The translations under genes were made by a program, and so were the position numbers. From assembly GCA_044378015.1 (NCBI GenBank), contig JBILXZ010000003.1, forward strand, positions 17,931 to 81,930: a stretch of 64,000 nt of DNA, written 5' to 3'. Positions 1-11,200 of the stretch are shown here, piece after piece. Under the pieces are notes generated by a model. The model saw nothing but the letters and a program-made list of their open reading frames with translations. It was not told the DNA's origin and searched no databases. The stretch's first letter is position 1. Every line of letters begins with the position of its first letter. The DNA is from Tagaea sp. GTDB taxonomy: Bacteria > Pseudomonadota > Alphaproteobacteria > CACIAM-22H2.

Positions 1-309
1 GGATTCGACGAGGGCGTTGCGGGCGAACTCAAGACGCGCGCCGAAGCTTTCGTCGCCAAGGAATACGAACGATTCGAAGCCGAGCGCGTGCGCCTGGGCG
101 TGTCCGACGAGGTTGCCGAAGCCACCGGCTTCGGCCCGGGCCTCCTCGTGAAGATCGGCGAAAAGGGCGTCAAAACGCTCGACGATCTTGGCGACCTTGC
201 GGGCGACGAACTGATCGACATCGTCGGCAAAGACGTGATCGACGAAGAGACCGCCAACGCCATCATCATGAAGGCCCGCGAACACTGGTTCGCGGCCGAG
301 AAGAAGTAA
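1..309 (+). CDS. nusA: Transcription termination/antitermination factor NusA, C-terminal fragment (5' end lies outside the window)
   Basis: The frame is open from base 1 to the stop at 307-309. The translated C-terminal tail (…[33 protein letters not shown]…) resembles the NusA acidic HhH-type C-terminal domain. It lies immediately upstream of a DUF448 gene and infB, the conserved nusA-ylxR-infB order. Confidence 0.7.
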   Translation, partial: GFDEGVAGELKTRAEAFVAKEYERFEAERVRLGVSDEVAEATGFGPGLLVKIGEKGVKTLDDLGDLAGDELIDIVGKDVIDEETANAIIMKAREHWFAAEKK

Positions 310-327
310 GGCGCAGGTCCGGAACCC

Positions 328-954
328 GTGACCGAAGCGCTCGCCCTCGCCCCCGAAACGGCGCCGGACATCGATGCCGATGCGACGGGCCCGCTGCGCC
401 GTTGCATCGTCACCGGCAAGTCGGGGCCGCGCGCCGATTTCGTGCGCTTCGTGGTGGGACCGGACGCGACGATCGTGCCCGACATTGCGGGCAAACTGCC
501 GGGCCGGGGCATCTGGGTGACGGCGACGCGCGCCGCGCTCGATACGGCCGTTGCCAAGGGCCTGTTCGCCAAAGCCGCGCGCGCGCGCGTATCGGTCGGC
601 GCCGATTTGGCCGAGCGCGTCGGCTTTCTGCTGATGCGCCGCGCCGTCGAGAGCCTCGCTCTGTGCCGACGCGCGGGCCAGGCCGCGTCCGGTTTCGCGA
701 AGGTCAAAGAGAAGATCGAAAAGGGACGCTGCGCCGTGCTGGTCGCGGCCGCCGACGGCTCGCTTGCCGAGCGCGCGCGGTTGGGCGGGCACGACATGCC
801 GGTCGCGACCGGATTGACGGCCACCGAAATGGGCGAAGCCTTCGGCCGCGAGCACGCCGTGCACGCGGCCATCGCACCCGGCGCGCTTGCGCTGCGCGTG
901 CAGGAAGATCTGGCGCGTCTGGCGAGCTATCGCCAGAGTGCGCGCAACGAATGA
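328..954 (+). CDS. YlxR/DUF448-family putative RNA-binding protein with a C-terminal L7Ae-like region (nusA-infB intergenic gene)
   Basis: 208-aa ORF from the track. The N-terminal '[20 protein letters not shown]' motif is typical of DUF448. The position between nusA and infB is conserved. The start is a GTG. Confidence 0.65.
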   Translation: MTEALALAPETAPDIDADATGPLRRCIVTGKSGPRADFVRFVVGPDATIVPDIAGKLPGRGIWVTATRAALDTAVAKGLFAKAARARVSVGADLAERVGFLLMRRAVESLALCRRAGQAASGFAKVKEKIEKGRCAVLVAAADGSLAERARLGGHDMPVATGLTATEMGEAFGREHAVHAAIAPGALALRVQEDLARLASYRQSARNE

Positions 955-973
955 AAGCGATGACGGGCAACAA

Positions 974-3667
974 ATGACGGACAGCAAAGACATCGATCTG
1001 GCCCAAGACGCCAAAAAGAAGCTCGCTCTTGCGGGCAAAACCGGCGGGCGGCTGGAGCTGCGCGCAGGTTCCGGCGTCGGCGGCGACGCGGGCCAAGTCC
1101 GCCAAAGCTTCCCGCACGGCCGCTCCAAGACCGTGCAGGTCGAGGTGCGCAAGAAGCGCGCGCCGGGCGCTGTCCCCGCCGCCGGTGCCGCCGCCGCGCC
1201 TGCAGCCGAAGCGCCGTCGAACGCGCAGGCCGCTGCGGTCGCCAAGCCCGCCGCCAAGCCCCAGGTACTGCGCGCCCTCACCGAAGAAGAGCGCACCGCG
1301 CGCCAGCGCGCGATCCAGAGCGCGATCCGCGCCGACATCGAAGCCAAGCGACGCTCGGAAGAAGAAGCGCGCGTCTTCGACGAAGAAATGAAACGCAAGG
1401 CCGTCGAAGACGCCAAGCGCAAGCAGGAAGACGCCTTCCAGAAGAAGACGGATACGGTCGAAGCCCAGCGCATCGACGAAGCGCAGAAGAAAAAGGCCGA
1501 AGAAGAAACGCTTCGCCTCAACGAAGAAGAAGGCAAGCGCCGCCAAGCCGCCGAAGCGGCGCGCGCGGCCGCAAATCCTGCCGCTGCCGCGCCGGCCGCC
1601 GCCGTCCCGGCGGCGATGCTGGCGCGCGTCGGCGTTGCCGCCACGGCCGAAGACGAAGACCGCCCGCGCCGCCCCGGCGCTTTCCGCCCCGGCCAAACGC
1701 CGGGCCGCGGCGGGGTCGGCATGCGCCCGGGTCCCGGCAAGGCCGCCCCCGAAGGCGGACGCGATCTCAAGGAGCGCCGCCAGAACAAGATGTCGGTGAC
1801 GCAAGCGCTCGAATCGGAGGAAACGATCCGCGTGCGCTCGCTCGCCGCGATGAAGCGCGCGCGCGAAAAGGAACGCTCGCGCATGTTCCAGCAGGGCCCG
1901 TCGGCCAAAGTCGTGCGCGACGTGGTGGTGCCTGAGACCATCACCGTGCAGGAGCTCGCCAACCGCATGGCCGAGCGCGGCGTGGACGTGATCAAGAGCC
2001 TGATGAAAATGGGCGTGATGGCGACCGTCAACCAGACGATCGACGCCGACACCGCCGAACTCATCGTCGCCGAGTTCGGCCACAAGGTGAAGCGCGTGGC
2101 CGAAGCCGACGTCGAAATCGGCCTCGAAGGAGCGGGCGACCAGGACGAAGCGCTCGAGCCGCGCGCGCCCGTCGTCACGATCATGGGCCATGTGGACCAC
2201 GGCAAGACCTCGCTGCTCGACGCGCTTCGCGAAACCGACGTCGCCAAGCACGAAGCGGGCGGCATCACGCAGCATATCGGCGCGTACAAGGTGCGACTCA
2301 AGAACGGCCAGGCGATCGCCTTCCTCGACACGCCAGGCCACGAGGCTTTCACGGCCATGCGCGCGCGCGGCGCCAAAGTGACCGACATCGTGGTGCTGGT
2401 CGTGGCCGCCGACGACGGCATCCAGCCGCAGACGATCGAAGCGATCGCGCACGCCAAGGCGGCCAACGTGCCGGTTATCGTCGCGATCAACAAGGTGGAC
2501 AAGCCGGGCGCGGACTCCAACCGCGTGCGCGCCGACCTGCTGCAGCACGGAATCGCGCTCGAAGGCTACGGCGGCGACACGCTGGGCATCGACGTTTCGG
2601 CCAAGGCCCGCACCGGTCTCGACAAGCTCGAAGAGGCCATTCTGCTGCAGGCCGAAATCCTGGAGCTGCGCGCCAACCCGAACCGCTCGGCGCAGGGCGC
2701 GATCGTCGAAGCCAAGCTCGAACGCGGCCGCGGACCCGTCGCGACCGTGCTCGTGCAGAAGGGCACGCTGCGCGTCGGCGACATCTTCGTGGCCGGCGAA
2801 GAATGGGGTCGCGTGCGCGCCCTCGTGGACGAACGTGGCAAGCAGATCGACGCGGCCGGGCCCTCGACGCCGGTCGAAGTCATCGGCCTCAACGGCACGC
2901 CGCTCGCAGGCGACGATTTCCAGGTCGTGGAAACCGACGCGCGCGCGCGCGAAGTAACCGAGTTCCGCCAGCGCAGGGCGCGCGACGCGTCTTCCGCCAT
3001 GCGCGCGCGCGGCACGCTCGAGCAGATGTTCACCAAGATCCAGGAAGGCGAAGCCAAGGAACTCGCCGTCGTCGTCAAGACCGACGTGCAGGGCTCGCTC
3101 GAAGCCATCGTGGCCTCGCTCACGAAGCTGCGCACCGACGAAGTGGCCGTGCGCGTGCTGCACGGGGCCGTCGGCGGCATCACCGAAGGCGACATCGCCC
3201 TTGCCAAGGCAAGCCAGGGCTTCGTGGTCGGCTTCAACGTGCGCGCCAATCCGCAGGCGCGCGAGATGGCCAAGCGCGACGGCATCGAAATCCGCTACTA
3301 CTCGATCATCTACCAGGTCATCGACGAGATCAAAGCGGCCCTTTCGGGCATGCTCTCGCCGACCTTGCGCGAAAAGTTCCTCGGCAACGCGGAGATCCGC
3401 CAGATTTTCAACATCACCAAGGTCGGAAAGGTCGCGGGCTGCCGCGTGGTCGAAGGCATGGTCAAGCGCGGCGCAAAGGTGCGCCTGCTGCGCGACCAGA
3501 CCGTCATCCACGAGGGCACCCTCAAGACCCTGCGGCGCTTCAAGGACGAAGTGCGCGAAGTGCAGGACGGCTACGAATGCGGCATGGCCTTCGAAAACTA
3601 CGAGGACATCCGCGAGGGCGACCTCATCGAGTGCTTCGAAATCGAAGAAGTCGCGCGCACGATCTAG
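974..3667 (+). CDS. infB: Translation initiation factor IF-2
   Basis: The ATG at 974 (MTDSKDIDL) lies within the track ORF 887..3667. There is a Lys/Glu/Ala-rich N-terminal region, and the G-domain motifs [17 protein letters not shown] and NKVDK are present. Length is 897 aa. Confidence 0.95.
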   Translation: MTDSKDIDLAQDAKKKLALAGKTGGRLELRAGSGVGGDAGQVRQSFPHGRSKTVQVEVRKKRAPGAVPAAGAAAAPAAEAPSNAQAAAVAKPAAKPQVLRALTEEERTARQRAIQSAIRADIEAKRRSEEEARVFDEEMKRKAVEDAKRKQEDAFQKKTDTVEAQRIDEAQKKKAEEETLRLNEEEGKRRQAAEAARAAANPAAAAPAAAVPAAMLARVGVAATAEDEDRPRRPGAFRPGQTPGRGGVGMRPGPGKAAPEGGRDLKERRQNKMSVTQALESEETIRVRSLAAMKRAREKERSRMFQQGPSAKVVRDVVVPETITVQELANRMAERGVDVIKSLMKMGVMATVNQTIDADTAELIVAEFGHKVKRVAEADVEIGLEGAGDQDEALEPRAPVVTIMGHVDHGKTSLLDALRETDVAKHEAGGITQHIGAYKVRLKNGQAIAFLDTPGHEAFTAMRARGAKVTDIVVLVVAADDGIQPQTIEAIAHAKAANVPVIVAINKVDKPGADSNRVRADLLQHGIALEGYGGDTLGIDVSAKARTGLDKLEEAILLQAEILELRANPNRSAQGAIVEAKLERGRGPVATVLVQKGTLRVGDIFVAGEEWGRVRALVDERGKQIDAAGPSTPVEVIGLNGTPLAGDDFQVVETDARAREVTEFRQRRARDASSAMRARGTLEQMFTKIQEGEAKELAVVVKTDVQGSLEAIVASLTKLRTDEVAVRVLHGAVGGITEGDIALAKASQGFVVGFNVRANPQAREMAKRDGIEIRYYSIIYQVIDEIKAALSGMLSPTLREKFLGNAEIRQIFNITKVGKVAGCRVVEGMVKRGAKVRLLRDQTVIHEGTLKTLRRFKDEVREVQDGYECGMAFENYEDIREGDLIECFEIEEVARTI

Positions 3668-3681
3668 GCGCCGTCTCCCGC

Positions 3682-4263
3682 GTGCGCGACGCCGATCAAA
3701 GGAACAAGCCGGGCGAAATCCCGCTTGTTCCTTTTTTCTTTCTGCGCCACGGCGAGACCGACTGGAACCGCCGGGGCTTGCTGCAGGGCAGCCGCGACAT
3801 CCCTCTCAACGAAACGGGTTTGGCCCAGGCGCATGCCGCCGTCGATGCGCTGCGCTCCGTCGAAATCGCCGCGATCGTCGCAAGCCCTTTGCTGCGCGCG
3901 CGCCGCACGGCCGAAATCGTCGCGGCCGCGCGCGGTCTCGACATCGCGTTTGAACCCGCCCTTGCCGAAACCCATTGGGGTGCCCGCGAAGGCACGCCGG
4001 AAGGCGGGCTGCTCCGCGAATGGTACGAAGGCGACACGCCTGCAGGCGCGGAACCGTTCCGCGAATTCTGCACGCGCATCGCAGGTGCGGTCGCGCGCGC
4101 ATTGGCGCATCAAGCGCCTGTCCTGATCGTCGCACATGGCGGCAGCTTTGCCGCGCTGCGCGAAACGTTGGGTTTGCCGCGTGCGGCGACTCTCGCAAAC
4201 GCGGTGCCGGTGCAGCTGGTACCCGGCCCCTGGCGGATTTCCGCAACGCTCGGCAAACACTGA
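3682..4263 (+). CDS. Histidine phosphatase family protein (phosphoglycerate mutase-like)
   Basis: The catalytic 'LRHGETDWN' motif is near the N-terminus and a second His motif (VAHGGS) follows later. There is no in-frame ATG after the infB stop; the nearest start is the GTG at 3682, so the start is uncertain. Confidence 0.7.
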   Translation: MRDADQRNKPGEIPLVPFFFLRHGETDWNRRGLLQGSRDIPLNETGLAQAHAAVDALRSVEIAAIVASPLLRARRTAEIVAAARGLDIAFEPALAETHWGAREGTPEGGLLREWYEGDTPAGAEPFREFCTRIAGAVARALAHQAPVLIVAHGGSFAALRETLGLPRAATLANAVPVQLVPGPWRISATLGKH

Positions 4264-4312
4264 GGTCCGTCGGCCCGAACGACGTCGCGTCGAGATCGCC
4301 TCGCGCGCCCGC

Positions 4313-6262
4313 TCAGGCTGGACGCATCGCTTCTTTGGCCTTCGCGGCGAGCTGGTCGAGGCTGAACGGCTTGGGCAGGAAATGCACGTTGTCGAAGCCT
4401 TCAAGCGTCTGCCGGAACTGCTCTTCGGCATAGCCTGAAATGCAGATGATTTTGAGATTGGGGAAAAGCTTGCGCGATTCGCGGATCAACGTCGTGCCGT
4501 CCATCTGCGGCATGACAACGTCGGTAATCATCAGATCGACGCTCGATCCCATCTCGCGCACGATCTCGAGCGCGGCGTCGCCGGTTTTGGCTTCGACTAC
4601 TTTGTAGCCCTTGTTGCGCAGGGCGCGGGCGCCGAACAGGCGCACGGCGTCTTCGTCTTCGACGAGCAGCACCGTCCCCGCTCCGGTCAGGTCGCGCCTT
4701 CTTGCGGCAGGCTCGGCCACTCCTTCGGCTTGGGTCGCCCCGACCCAGCGCGGCAGCAGCAGGGTGAAGGTGGAGCCTTGGCCGGGCTTGCTGTCGACCA
4801 GCACGAATCCGCCCGTTTGGCGCACGATGCCGTAGACGGTCGACAAGCCCAGGCCCGTGCCCGAGCCCACGGCTTTCGTCGAAAAAAAAGGCTCGAAAAT
4901 GCGGCCGAGAATTTCGGGCGATATGCCTGTCCCGGTGTCTTCGACCGAAATGCGCACATATTCGCCCGCCGGGATTTCTTCGTCGCCGTGGCGTTCGGGC
5001 GCGGTCTTCACCGCATTGCCGGTGCGGATCGTGAGCACGCCGCCGCCCTGCATCGCGTCGCGCGCATTGACGGCGAGATTGATGATGACCTGTTCGAGCT
5101 GGCCCTGATCGACGCGCACGAGCCACAGGTCGCGCGCGTGCACGACCTTGAGCTCTATGCCTGCGCCGATGAGGCGGCGCAGCAGATGCGAAAGCTCGGT
5201 CAGCGCGTCGGTCGCGTCGATCACTTTGGGCTGCAGCGTCTGCTGGCGCGAGAAGGCCAGCAGCTGGCGCACGAGATTGGCGGCCCGGTTGGCGTTCTGG
5301 CGGATCTGCATGATGTCGGCGAACGAAGCGTCGCCGGGCTGGTGGCGCAGCAGCAAGAGATCGCAAAAGCCGATCATCGCGGTCAGAAGATTGTTGAAGT
5401 CGTGCGCGACGCCGCCGGCAAGCTGTCCCACAGCCTGCATTTTCTGGGACTGCGCGAATTGCTGCTCGAGCCGCCGCTGCTCGCTGATGTCGAGAAAATG
5501 GAGAATAACGGCCCCGGCGCTGCCCGCCGCCTCGTCGAGCGCGCGCGCGAACACGGCGACGACGTGTTCCTTGCCGTCTTCGGCCACGAGCCGCAGATTG
5601 AGCCGGTCCTGGGCGCCGTCGGCGGCGTCGCTGGCGGCCGCACCGGCGGCCAGGCGCCGCAATTTGGCCACGAGTTCGGCGCGTTCTTCGGGGGCGGCGA
5701 ACATCGCCACATTGCGGCCGACCGCCGCTTCGCGCGTTGCCCCGCACAGTCGCTGGAAGGCGCGGTTGGTTTCGGTCAGGCGTCCGTCGGGATCGATCAG
5801 CGCAATGCCGACCGGCGCGTTCTCGAAGAAGCGGCGAAAACCCGTCTCGCTGCGCGCAAGGGCGGTGGCCATTGCCTGGGTGGGGGCTGCGTCGCGGGCA
5901 AAGCCGCGCAGCGCAATGCCGTCGCGCATCTCGGGTTCGAGCGTTTGCTCGACCGTGACGAGAACCGGTGCTGAACCCACGCGACGCAGGCGCACTTCGC
6001 CCTTGGAGGCGTGGCGGTCGGCAAAGGCCTGGAACGGGGCGGCATCGGGCGGAACGGGGTCTGCCAGCACGTCGTGCAGCCTGAGCCCTGCGCAGATTTC
6101 CTCGGCCGGGCGGCCCAGCAGCTCGGCAAACGCGGCATTGGCGAACACGAAACGGCCTGCCGCATCGAGCGCAAAGAAGCCGATCGGCGCCGCGGCGAGG
6201 AAGGCCGCAGCGCCGTTTTCCTGCTCGTTCGCCTGTTTGCCGAAAAACTTGCCCCACGCCAT
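4313..6262 (-). CDS. Soluble hybrid sensor histidine kinase/response regulator (2xPAS, HisKA, HATPase_c, REC)
   Basis: 649-aa ORF with no predicted TM segment. It has two PAS-like regions. The H-box 'AHDFNNLLTAM' is of the CckA/FixL type. N/G-box motifs (NLAVNARDAM, DTGTGI, GTGLGLS) are present, followed by a C-terminal receiver (VEDEDAVR…DVVMPQMDG…KPF). Confidence 0.85.
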   Translation of the reverse strand: MAWGKFFGKQANEQENGAAAFLAAAPIGFFALDAAGRFVFANAAFAELLGRPAEEICAGLRLHDVLADPVPPDAAPFQAFADRHASKGEVRLRRVGSAPVLVTVEQTLEPEMRDGIALRGFARDAAPTQAMATALARSETGFRRFFENAPVGIALIDPDGRLTETNRAFQRLCGATREAAVGRNVAMFAAPEERAELVAKLRRLAAGAAASDAADGAQDRLNLRLVAEDGKEHVVAVFARALDEAAGSAGAVILHFLDISEQRRLEQQFAQSQKMQAVGQLAGGVAHDFNNLLTAMIGFCDLLLLRHQPGDASFADIMQIRQNANRAANLVRQLLAFSRQQTLQPKVIDATDALTELSHLLRRLIGAGIELKVVHARDLWLVRVDQGQLEQVIINLAVNARDAMQGGGVLTIRTGNAVKTAPERHGDEEIPAGEYVRISVEDTGTGISPEILGRIFEPFFSTKAVGSGTGLGLSTVYGIVRQTGGFVLVDSKPGQGSTFTLLLPRWVGATQAEGVAEPAARRRDLTGAGTVLLVEDEDAVRLFGARALRNKGYKVVEAKTGDAALEIVREMGSSVDLMITDVVMPQMDGTTLIRESRKLFPNLKIICISGYAEEQFRQTLEGFDNVHFLPKPFSLDQLAAKAKEAMRPA

Positions 6263-6310
6263 GGCCGCAATTCTAGCAGCGGTTCCGTGGTTCTGTCAGG
6301 ATCCGTTCTT

Positions 6311-7576
6311 TCAGGAATTGCGGCCGAGAATGCGGCCGCACAAATAGAGCGAGCCGCAAATCAGCACCGGCGTTCGCGCGTCGGCCGTGGCCGCAAGATC
6401 GGCGATCGCGGCTTGCGGGCTCGTCGCTGCCGCCGCGTCGGCAATGCCGACCGAGCGGGCTGCCGCAACGATCTCGGCCGCCGGCCGCGACAATGGTTCG
6501 TCTTCGATCGCGATGGCGCGCAGCCGACGCACGAACGGAGCGACATGGCGCAGAAAATCCGCAGGCTCTTTCGTCGCGAGCATGCCGAAAACGAGATCGA
6601 TTTTGCGGCCTTCGGCCCACGCCGCCAACACTTCGCCCGCCGCCTCGTTGTGGCCGCCGTCGAGATAAAGCGGGATCTCGGGGCCCAGCAAATCCAGCAA
6701 CGGCCCCCTCGTAAGCCGCTGCAGCCGTGCGGGCCATTGGGCGGTCGCGACACCTCGCGCGATCGCGGCCTGCGGCAATCCGAGCCCATCGGCGATGGCG
6801 ACGGCGAGGGCCGCATTGTCGATCTGGTGGCGACCGGGAAGCGCAGGGCGAGGCAGATCGTACTTGCGGCCGTCGCGCCGCCACGCAAAACCGTCGGCGG
6901 TCTGGGCGAAACTCCATTCGCGGCCGCTGCGGAACAAGGGCGCCTCCAGCGCCCGCGCTTTGGCATCGAACACGGCGGCGGCCTCCTGCGGCTGCACGCC
7001 GATATAGGTGGGCACGCCCGCCTTGATGATGCCGGCTTTCTCGCCGGCGATAGCGGCCAGCGTTTTGCCCAGATACTGCATGTGGTCGAACGAGATCTGC
7101 GTGAGTCCGACTGCGACTGGCTTTGCGACCAAGTTGGTCGCATCGAGGCGCCCGCCCATGCCGGTCTCAAGCAGCACATAGTCGGCCGGGCTGCGCGCGA
7201 AGGCCAGAAAGGCCGCGGCCGTCGTGACTTCGAAAAAGGTGATGGGGGCACCCGCATTGACCGCCTCGATCTCCTCGAGCAGGGCCGCAAGCGGCGCATC
7301 CTCGATCAGCGTGCCTGCGGTCCGGATGCGTTCGTTGAAACGCACGAGATGCGGCGAGGTATAGACATGCGTTCGTTTGCCAGCCGCTTCCAGCATCGCG
7401 CGCAGGCAGGCAAGCGTCGAGCCTTTGCCGTTCGTGCCCGCCACATGCACGACCGGGGCAAGCCGGTTTTGGGGATTGCCGAGTGCCGCCATCAGGCGCA
7501 CGAGCCGGTCGAGCGACATGTCGATGGCTTTGGGGTGGAGCGTCTTCAGCCGCTCCAGGATCGGATCCGCGCTCAC
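6311..7576 (-). CDS. folC: Bifunctional folylpolyglutamate synthase / dihydrofolate synthase
   Basis: Only the C-terminal 421 aa of track ORF 6311..8410 is FolC-like (…ILERLKTLHPKAIDMSLDRL…HVAGTNGKGST…). The GTG start overlaps the accD stop (GTGA), which suggests translational coupling. Confidence 0.85.
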   Translation of the reverse strand: MSADPILERLKTLHPKAIDMSLDRLVRLMAALGNPQNRLAPVVHVAGTNGKGSTLACLRAMLEAAGKRTHVYTSPHLVRFNERIRTAGTLIEDAPLAALLEEIEAVNAGAPITFFEVTTAAAFLAFARSPADYVLLETGMGGRLDATNLVAKPVAVGLTQISFDHMQYLGKTLAAIAGEKAGIIKAGVPTYIGVQPQEAAAVFDAKARALEAPLFRSGREWSFAQTADGFAWRRDGRKYDLPRPALPGRHQIDNAALAVAIADGLGLPQAAIARGVATAQWPARLQRLTRGPLLDLLGPEIPLYLDGGHNEAAGEVLAAWAEGRKIDLVFGMLATKEPADFLRHVAPFVRRLRAIAIEDEPLSRPAAEIVAAARSVGIADAAAATSPQAAIADLAATADARTPVLICGSLYLCGRILGRNS

Positions 7577-8484
7577 GCCTTGGCGTCTGGGATCTCGAGC
7601 TGCGGCATCGGCATTGCGACGATTTCGGCGCGCGGCTTGGGCTCGGTCAAAAGGCCGATCAGCCGGATTAGCGTGGCGCGCAGTTCGTGGCGATGCACGA
7701 CCATGTCGACCATGCCGTGTTCGAGCAGATATTCGGCCTTCTGGAATCCGGCCGGCAGCTTCTCGCGGATCGTCTCCTCGATCACGCGCGCACCCGCAAA
7801 GCCGATCGTCGCGCCCGGTTCGGCGATCGCGATGTCGCCCAGCATTGCAAACGAGGCCGAAACGCCGCCCGTCGTGGGATCGGTCAGCAGCACGATGTAG
7901 GGCAGGCCGGCTTCCTTGACCTCTTCGGCAGCGATGACCGAGCGCGGCATCTGCATCAGCGACAAAATGCCTTCCTGCATGCGCGCGCCGCCCGAGGCAG
8001 GCACCACGATCAGCGTCGCCTGCTGCAGCACCGCAAGCTTGGCGGCCGCAACGAGGCCTTCGCCCACCGCAATGCCCATCGATCCGCCTTGGAATTCGAA
8101 ATCGAACGCCGCCACGACCGCCGACATGCCGCCGATGCGGCCATGCGCCACCAGTATCGCGTCCTGTTCGCCCGTCTTGTCGCGCGCGGCCTTCAGGCGA
8201 TCGACGTATTTCTTCTGGTCGCGGAACTTGAGCGGGTCGGCGACGACTTTGGGCAGCTCGATGCGCGCATAGACGCCCTCGTCGAACAGCGTTTCGAGCC
8301 GCCGTTTGGCGGGTAGTCGCATATGGTGGCCGCAATGCGGGCACACGCGTTGGGCCGCCTCGAGATCGCGATGGAAGATCATCTTGCTGCAGGCGGAGCA
8401 GGTGTCCCACAGATTGTCGGGCACCTCGGTCTTGCGGACGAGGGCGCGGATCTTGGGGCGGACGAAATTGGTCAGCCAGCTCAT
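7573..8484 (-). CDS. accD: Acetyl-CoA carboxylase carboxyltransferase beta subunit
   Basis: Starts MSWLTNFVRPKIRAL. Has the N-terminal Zn-ribbon CSACSKMIF…CPHCGHH and a carboxyltransferase domain. The track ORF upstream of M79 is unsupported. Confidence 0.9.
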   Translation of the reverse strand: MSWLTNFVRPKIRALVRKTEVPDNLWDTCSACSKMIFHRDLEAAQRVCPHCGHHMRLPAKRRLETLFDEGVYARIELPKVVADPLKFRDQKKYVDRLKAARDKTGEQDAILVAHGRIGGMSAVVAAFDFEFQGGSMGIAVGEGLVAAAKLAVLQQATLIVVPASGGARMQEGILSLMQMPRSVIAAEEVKEAGLPYIVLLTDPTTGGVSASFAMLGDIAIAEPGATIGFAGARVIEETIREKLPAGFQKAEYLLEHGMVDMVVHRHELRATLIRLIGLLTEPKPRAEIVAMPMPQLEIPDAKA

Positions 8485-8494
8485 GGTGTCCCCA

Positions 8495-9307
8495 TCAAGC
8501 GATCTGTTTGGCGCGCGCGCCACGCACGGCGGCGGCGAGGTCGCCCACGAGGCCGTGCAGCGCCGAAGGGGCATGCGACAGCGCCACCAGCGCCGAGCCC
8601 ACGACGCAGGCATCGGCGTGGCGCGCGATGGCCGCCGCCCCGGCCGCGTCCTTGATGCCGAAGCCGACGGCGATCGGCAGCGTCGTCGAACGGCGGATGC
8701 GGGCGACGGCAGCGGCAACCTGGTCGGCGGCGGCCGAGCGCGTGCCTGTCACGCCGAGCACGGCGACGTAGTAGAGAAAACCGGACGCGCCGGCGAGCAC
8801 GGTCGGCAGGCGCTTGTCGTCGGTCGTCGGCGTGGCGAGCCGCACGAGATCGAGGCCTGCGGCCTTCGCAAACGGCCGCAGCTCGGCATCTTCCTCGGGC
8901 GGAAGATCGACGACGATGAGCCCGTCGGCGCCGGCAGCGGCGGCATCGCGGCAGAAACGCTCGGGGCCGTAGATGTAGATCGGGTTGAAATAGCCCATCA
9001 GCACGACCGGCGTGGTCTGGTCGGTCTTGCGAAAGGCGGCGAGCTGGGCCAGCGCCTTGCGCGTCGAGCCGCCCGCTTTGAGCGAACGCAAGGCGGCCGC
9101 CTGCACGGCCGGGCCGTCGGCCATCGGATCGGAGAAGGGCAGGCCAAGCTCGATGATGTCGGCCCCGGCGGCGGGCAGGCCGTCGAGAATCGCCTGCGCA
9201 CGCGCGGCGTCCGGATCGCCCGCCATCACGTAGGTGACAAGGCCCGCGCGCCCTTCTGCGGCAAGGGCTTCAAAGCGTGCGGCGATGCGTGCGGTGGGGC
9301 GGCTCAC
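8495..9307 (-). CDS. trpA: Tryptophan synthase alpha chain
   Basis: Has the TrpA fold motifs (…[23 protein letters not shown]…, [19 protein letters not shown]). The GTG start overlaps the trpB stop (GTGA). Confidence 0.85.
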   Translation of the reverse strand: MSRPTARIAARFEALAAEGRAGLVTYVMAGDPDAARAQAILDGLPAAGADIIELGLPFSDPMADGPAVQAAALRSLKAGGSTRKALAQLAAFRKTDQTTPVVLMGYFNPIYIYGPERFCRDAAAAGADGLIVVDLPPEEDAELRPFAKAAGLDLVRLATPTTDDKRLPTVLAGASGFLYYVAVLGVTGTRSAAADQVAAAVARIRRSTTLPIAVGFGIKDAAGAAAIARHADACVVGSALVALSHAPSALHGLVGDLAAAVRGARAKQIA

Positions 9308-10515
9308 AATTTCACCCCAAGGCGTTCGCCGATGGTGAAGATGTCTTTGTCGCCGCGGCCGCAAAGATTCATGACGATCGTGTAGTCCTTGGGCAGCTTG
9401 GGTGCGATGCGCGCAACGTGGGCGACGGCGTGGGCGGGCTCAAGGGCCGGCAGAATGCCTTCGGTGCGGGAAAGCAGTTTGAAGCCTTCGATCGCCTCGT
9501 CGTCGGTCGCGGCGACGTAATTCACGCGCTTGATGTCGTGCAGCCACGAATGTTCGGGGCCGATGCCGGGATAGTCGAGCCCGGCCGAGATCGAATGGGC
9601 TTCGTCGATCTGGCCGTCTTCGTCCATCAGCAGGAACGTGCGGTTGCCGTGCAGCACGCCGGGCCGCCCGCCTTGCAGCGAGGCCGCGTGCTTTCCCGAT
9701 TCGAGCCCGAGGCCCGCCGCTTCGACCGCATCCATCGACACGTCCCGGTCGTCGAGGAACGGATGGAACAGCCCCATCGCGTTCGAGCCGCCGCCGATGC
9801 AGGCGACCAGCTTGTCCGGCAGCTTGCCTTCGGCGGAAAGAAACTGCTCGCGCGCTTCCTTGCCGATCACGCTCTGGAAATCGCGGACCATCATCGGATA
9901 GGGATGCGGACCCGCGACCGTGCCGATGATGTAGTAGGTGTCTTCGACGTTGGCGACCCAGTCGCGCAATGCTTCGTTCATCGCGTCCTTGAGCGTGGCC
10001 GTTCCCGAAGTGACGGGCTTCACTTCCGCGCCCAGCAGTTTCATGCGGAACACGTTGGGCGCCTGGCGCGCAATGTCGGTCGCGCCCATGTAGACCGTGC
10101 AGGGCAGGCCGAACAGGGCGCAAACGGTAGCGGTAGCAACGCCGTGCTGGCCCGCACCCGTCTCCGCGATGATGCGCCTTTTGCCCATGCGCTGGGCCAG
10201 CAGGATCTGGCCCATGCAGCTGTTGATTTTGTGGGCGCCGGTATGGTTGAGCTCGTCGCGCTTGAGATAGATCTTGGCCCCGCCCAAGGTCTTGGTCAGG
10301 CGCTCCGCGAACCACAAAGGCGAGGGGCGGCCGACATAGTGCGCGAGATAATAGTCGAGCTCTTTCTGGAAGGCCGGATCGTTGCGGGCGGCCAAATAGG
10401 CGCGCTCCACCTCGAGGATCAGCGGCATCAGGGTTTCTGACACGTAGCGGCCGCCGAACAGGCCGAAATGGCCGTTCTCGTCGGGGCCGGCGCGAAAGGA
10501 GTTGATCTGGTTCAT
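9304..10515 (-). CDS. trpB: Tryptophan synthase beta chain
   Basis: Starts [25 protein letters not shown]. Contains the PLP-lysine motif HTGAHKINS and the GGGSNAMG motif. Confidence 0.9.
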   Translation of the reverse strand: MNQINSFRAGPDENGHFGLFGGRYVSETLMPLILEVERAYLAARNDPAFQKELDYYLAHYVGRPSPLWFAERLTKTLGGAKIYLKRDELNHTGAHKINSCMGQILLAQRMGKRRIIAETGAGQHGVATATVCALFGLPCTVYMGATDIARQAPNVFRMKLLGAEVKPVTSGTATLKDAMNEALRDWVANVEDTYYIIGTVAGPHPYPMMVRDFQSVIGKEAREQFLSAEGKLPDKLVACIGGGSNAMGLFHPFLDDRDVSMDAVEAAGLGLESGKHAASLQGGRPGVLHGNRTFLLMDEDGQIDEAHSISAGLDYPGIGPEHSWLHDIKRVNYVAATDDEAIEGFKLLSRTEGILPALEPAHAVAHVARIAPKLPKDYTIVMNLCGRGDKDIFTIGERLGVKL

Positions 10516-10561
10516 GGCGGAAAGGGTTATAGCCGAGCAAACGCCGAGGGCCAAGCCCGCC

Positions 10562-11200
10562 TCAAGCCTCGGCAGCCGCGCTCAAAAACCGCCGAATCAA
10601 GCGCGGCGCCTTGTGCCCCGGCCGGTCCTCCACGCCAGAGGACAAGTCCACGCATTTCGCCCCCGAAATGCGCACGGCGGTCGCCAAATTGGCGGCCGTA
10701 AGCCCGCCCGAGAGCATCCAAGGCAGCGGCAAAATCGTGCCCGCCAAAATCGTCCAATCGAAGCTGACGGCATTGCCGCCGGGTAGGGCGTCCGGTCGCT
10801 TGGGCGGTTTGGCGTCGAACAGCAACTGGTCGGCGACCTCCAGATATTGTGCAGCCTGCGCCAGATCTTCGGCCTTCGAAATGCCGAGCGCTTTCATGGC
10901 CGGCAGGCCCGTGCGCGCTTTGATCTCGGCGACGCGCTGCGGCGTTTCGGCCCCGTGCAATTGCCACAGATCGGGCCGAAAGCCGCCAAGGATCGCATCG
11001 AGGTCGGCGTCGCTGGGCTCGACGACAAGGGCCACGCGCACGACCAAGGGCGGCAGGCCGCGCGCCAACCGCGCCGCGGTCGCGGGCAGCACATGGCGCG
11101 GGCTGGGCGCGAAGAAAACGAAACCTGCATAGGCGGCACCGGCCGCCGCTTCGATCGCCGCCGACGTATTGAGGCCGCAGATCTTGACCGCAACGCTCAT
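10562..11200 (-). CDS. trpF: N-(5'-phosphoribosyl)anthranilate isomerase
   Basis: 212-aa C-terminal part of track ORF 10562..11908 ([10 protein letters not shown]…). The ATG overlaps the pyrF stop (ATGA). Confidence 0.8.
   Translation of the reverse strand: MSVAVKICGLNTSAAIEAAAGAAYAGFVFFAPSPRHVLPATAARLARGLPPLVVRVALVVEPSDADLDAILGGFRPDLWQLHGAETPQRVAEIKARTGLPAMKALGISKAEDLAQAAQYLEVADQLLFDAKPPKRPDALPGGNAVSFDWTILAGTILPLPWMLSGGLTAANLATAVRISGAKCVDLSSGVEDRPGHKAPRLIRRFLSAAAEA

Noticed and set aside
704-3511. Very long antisense or alternative-frame ORFs throughout the window (for example 704..3511-, 21378..25406-, 35357..38341-, 40519..43167-, 46323..50348+, 27627..28949-)
   Set aside because: They overlap well-supported genes on the opposite strand. 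Their translations are Arg/Ala/Gly-rich low-complexity sequence, typical of high-GC DNA with few stop codons, and contain no recognisable domains.
6311-8410. 699-aa track ORF spanning the accD region
   Set aside because: Only the C-terminal 421 aa are FolC-like. The upstream part is an out-of-frame read-through over accD, and the real folC start is the GTG overlapping the accD stop.
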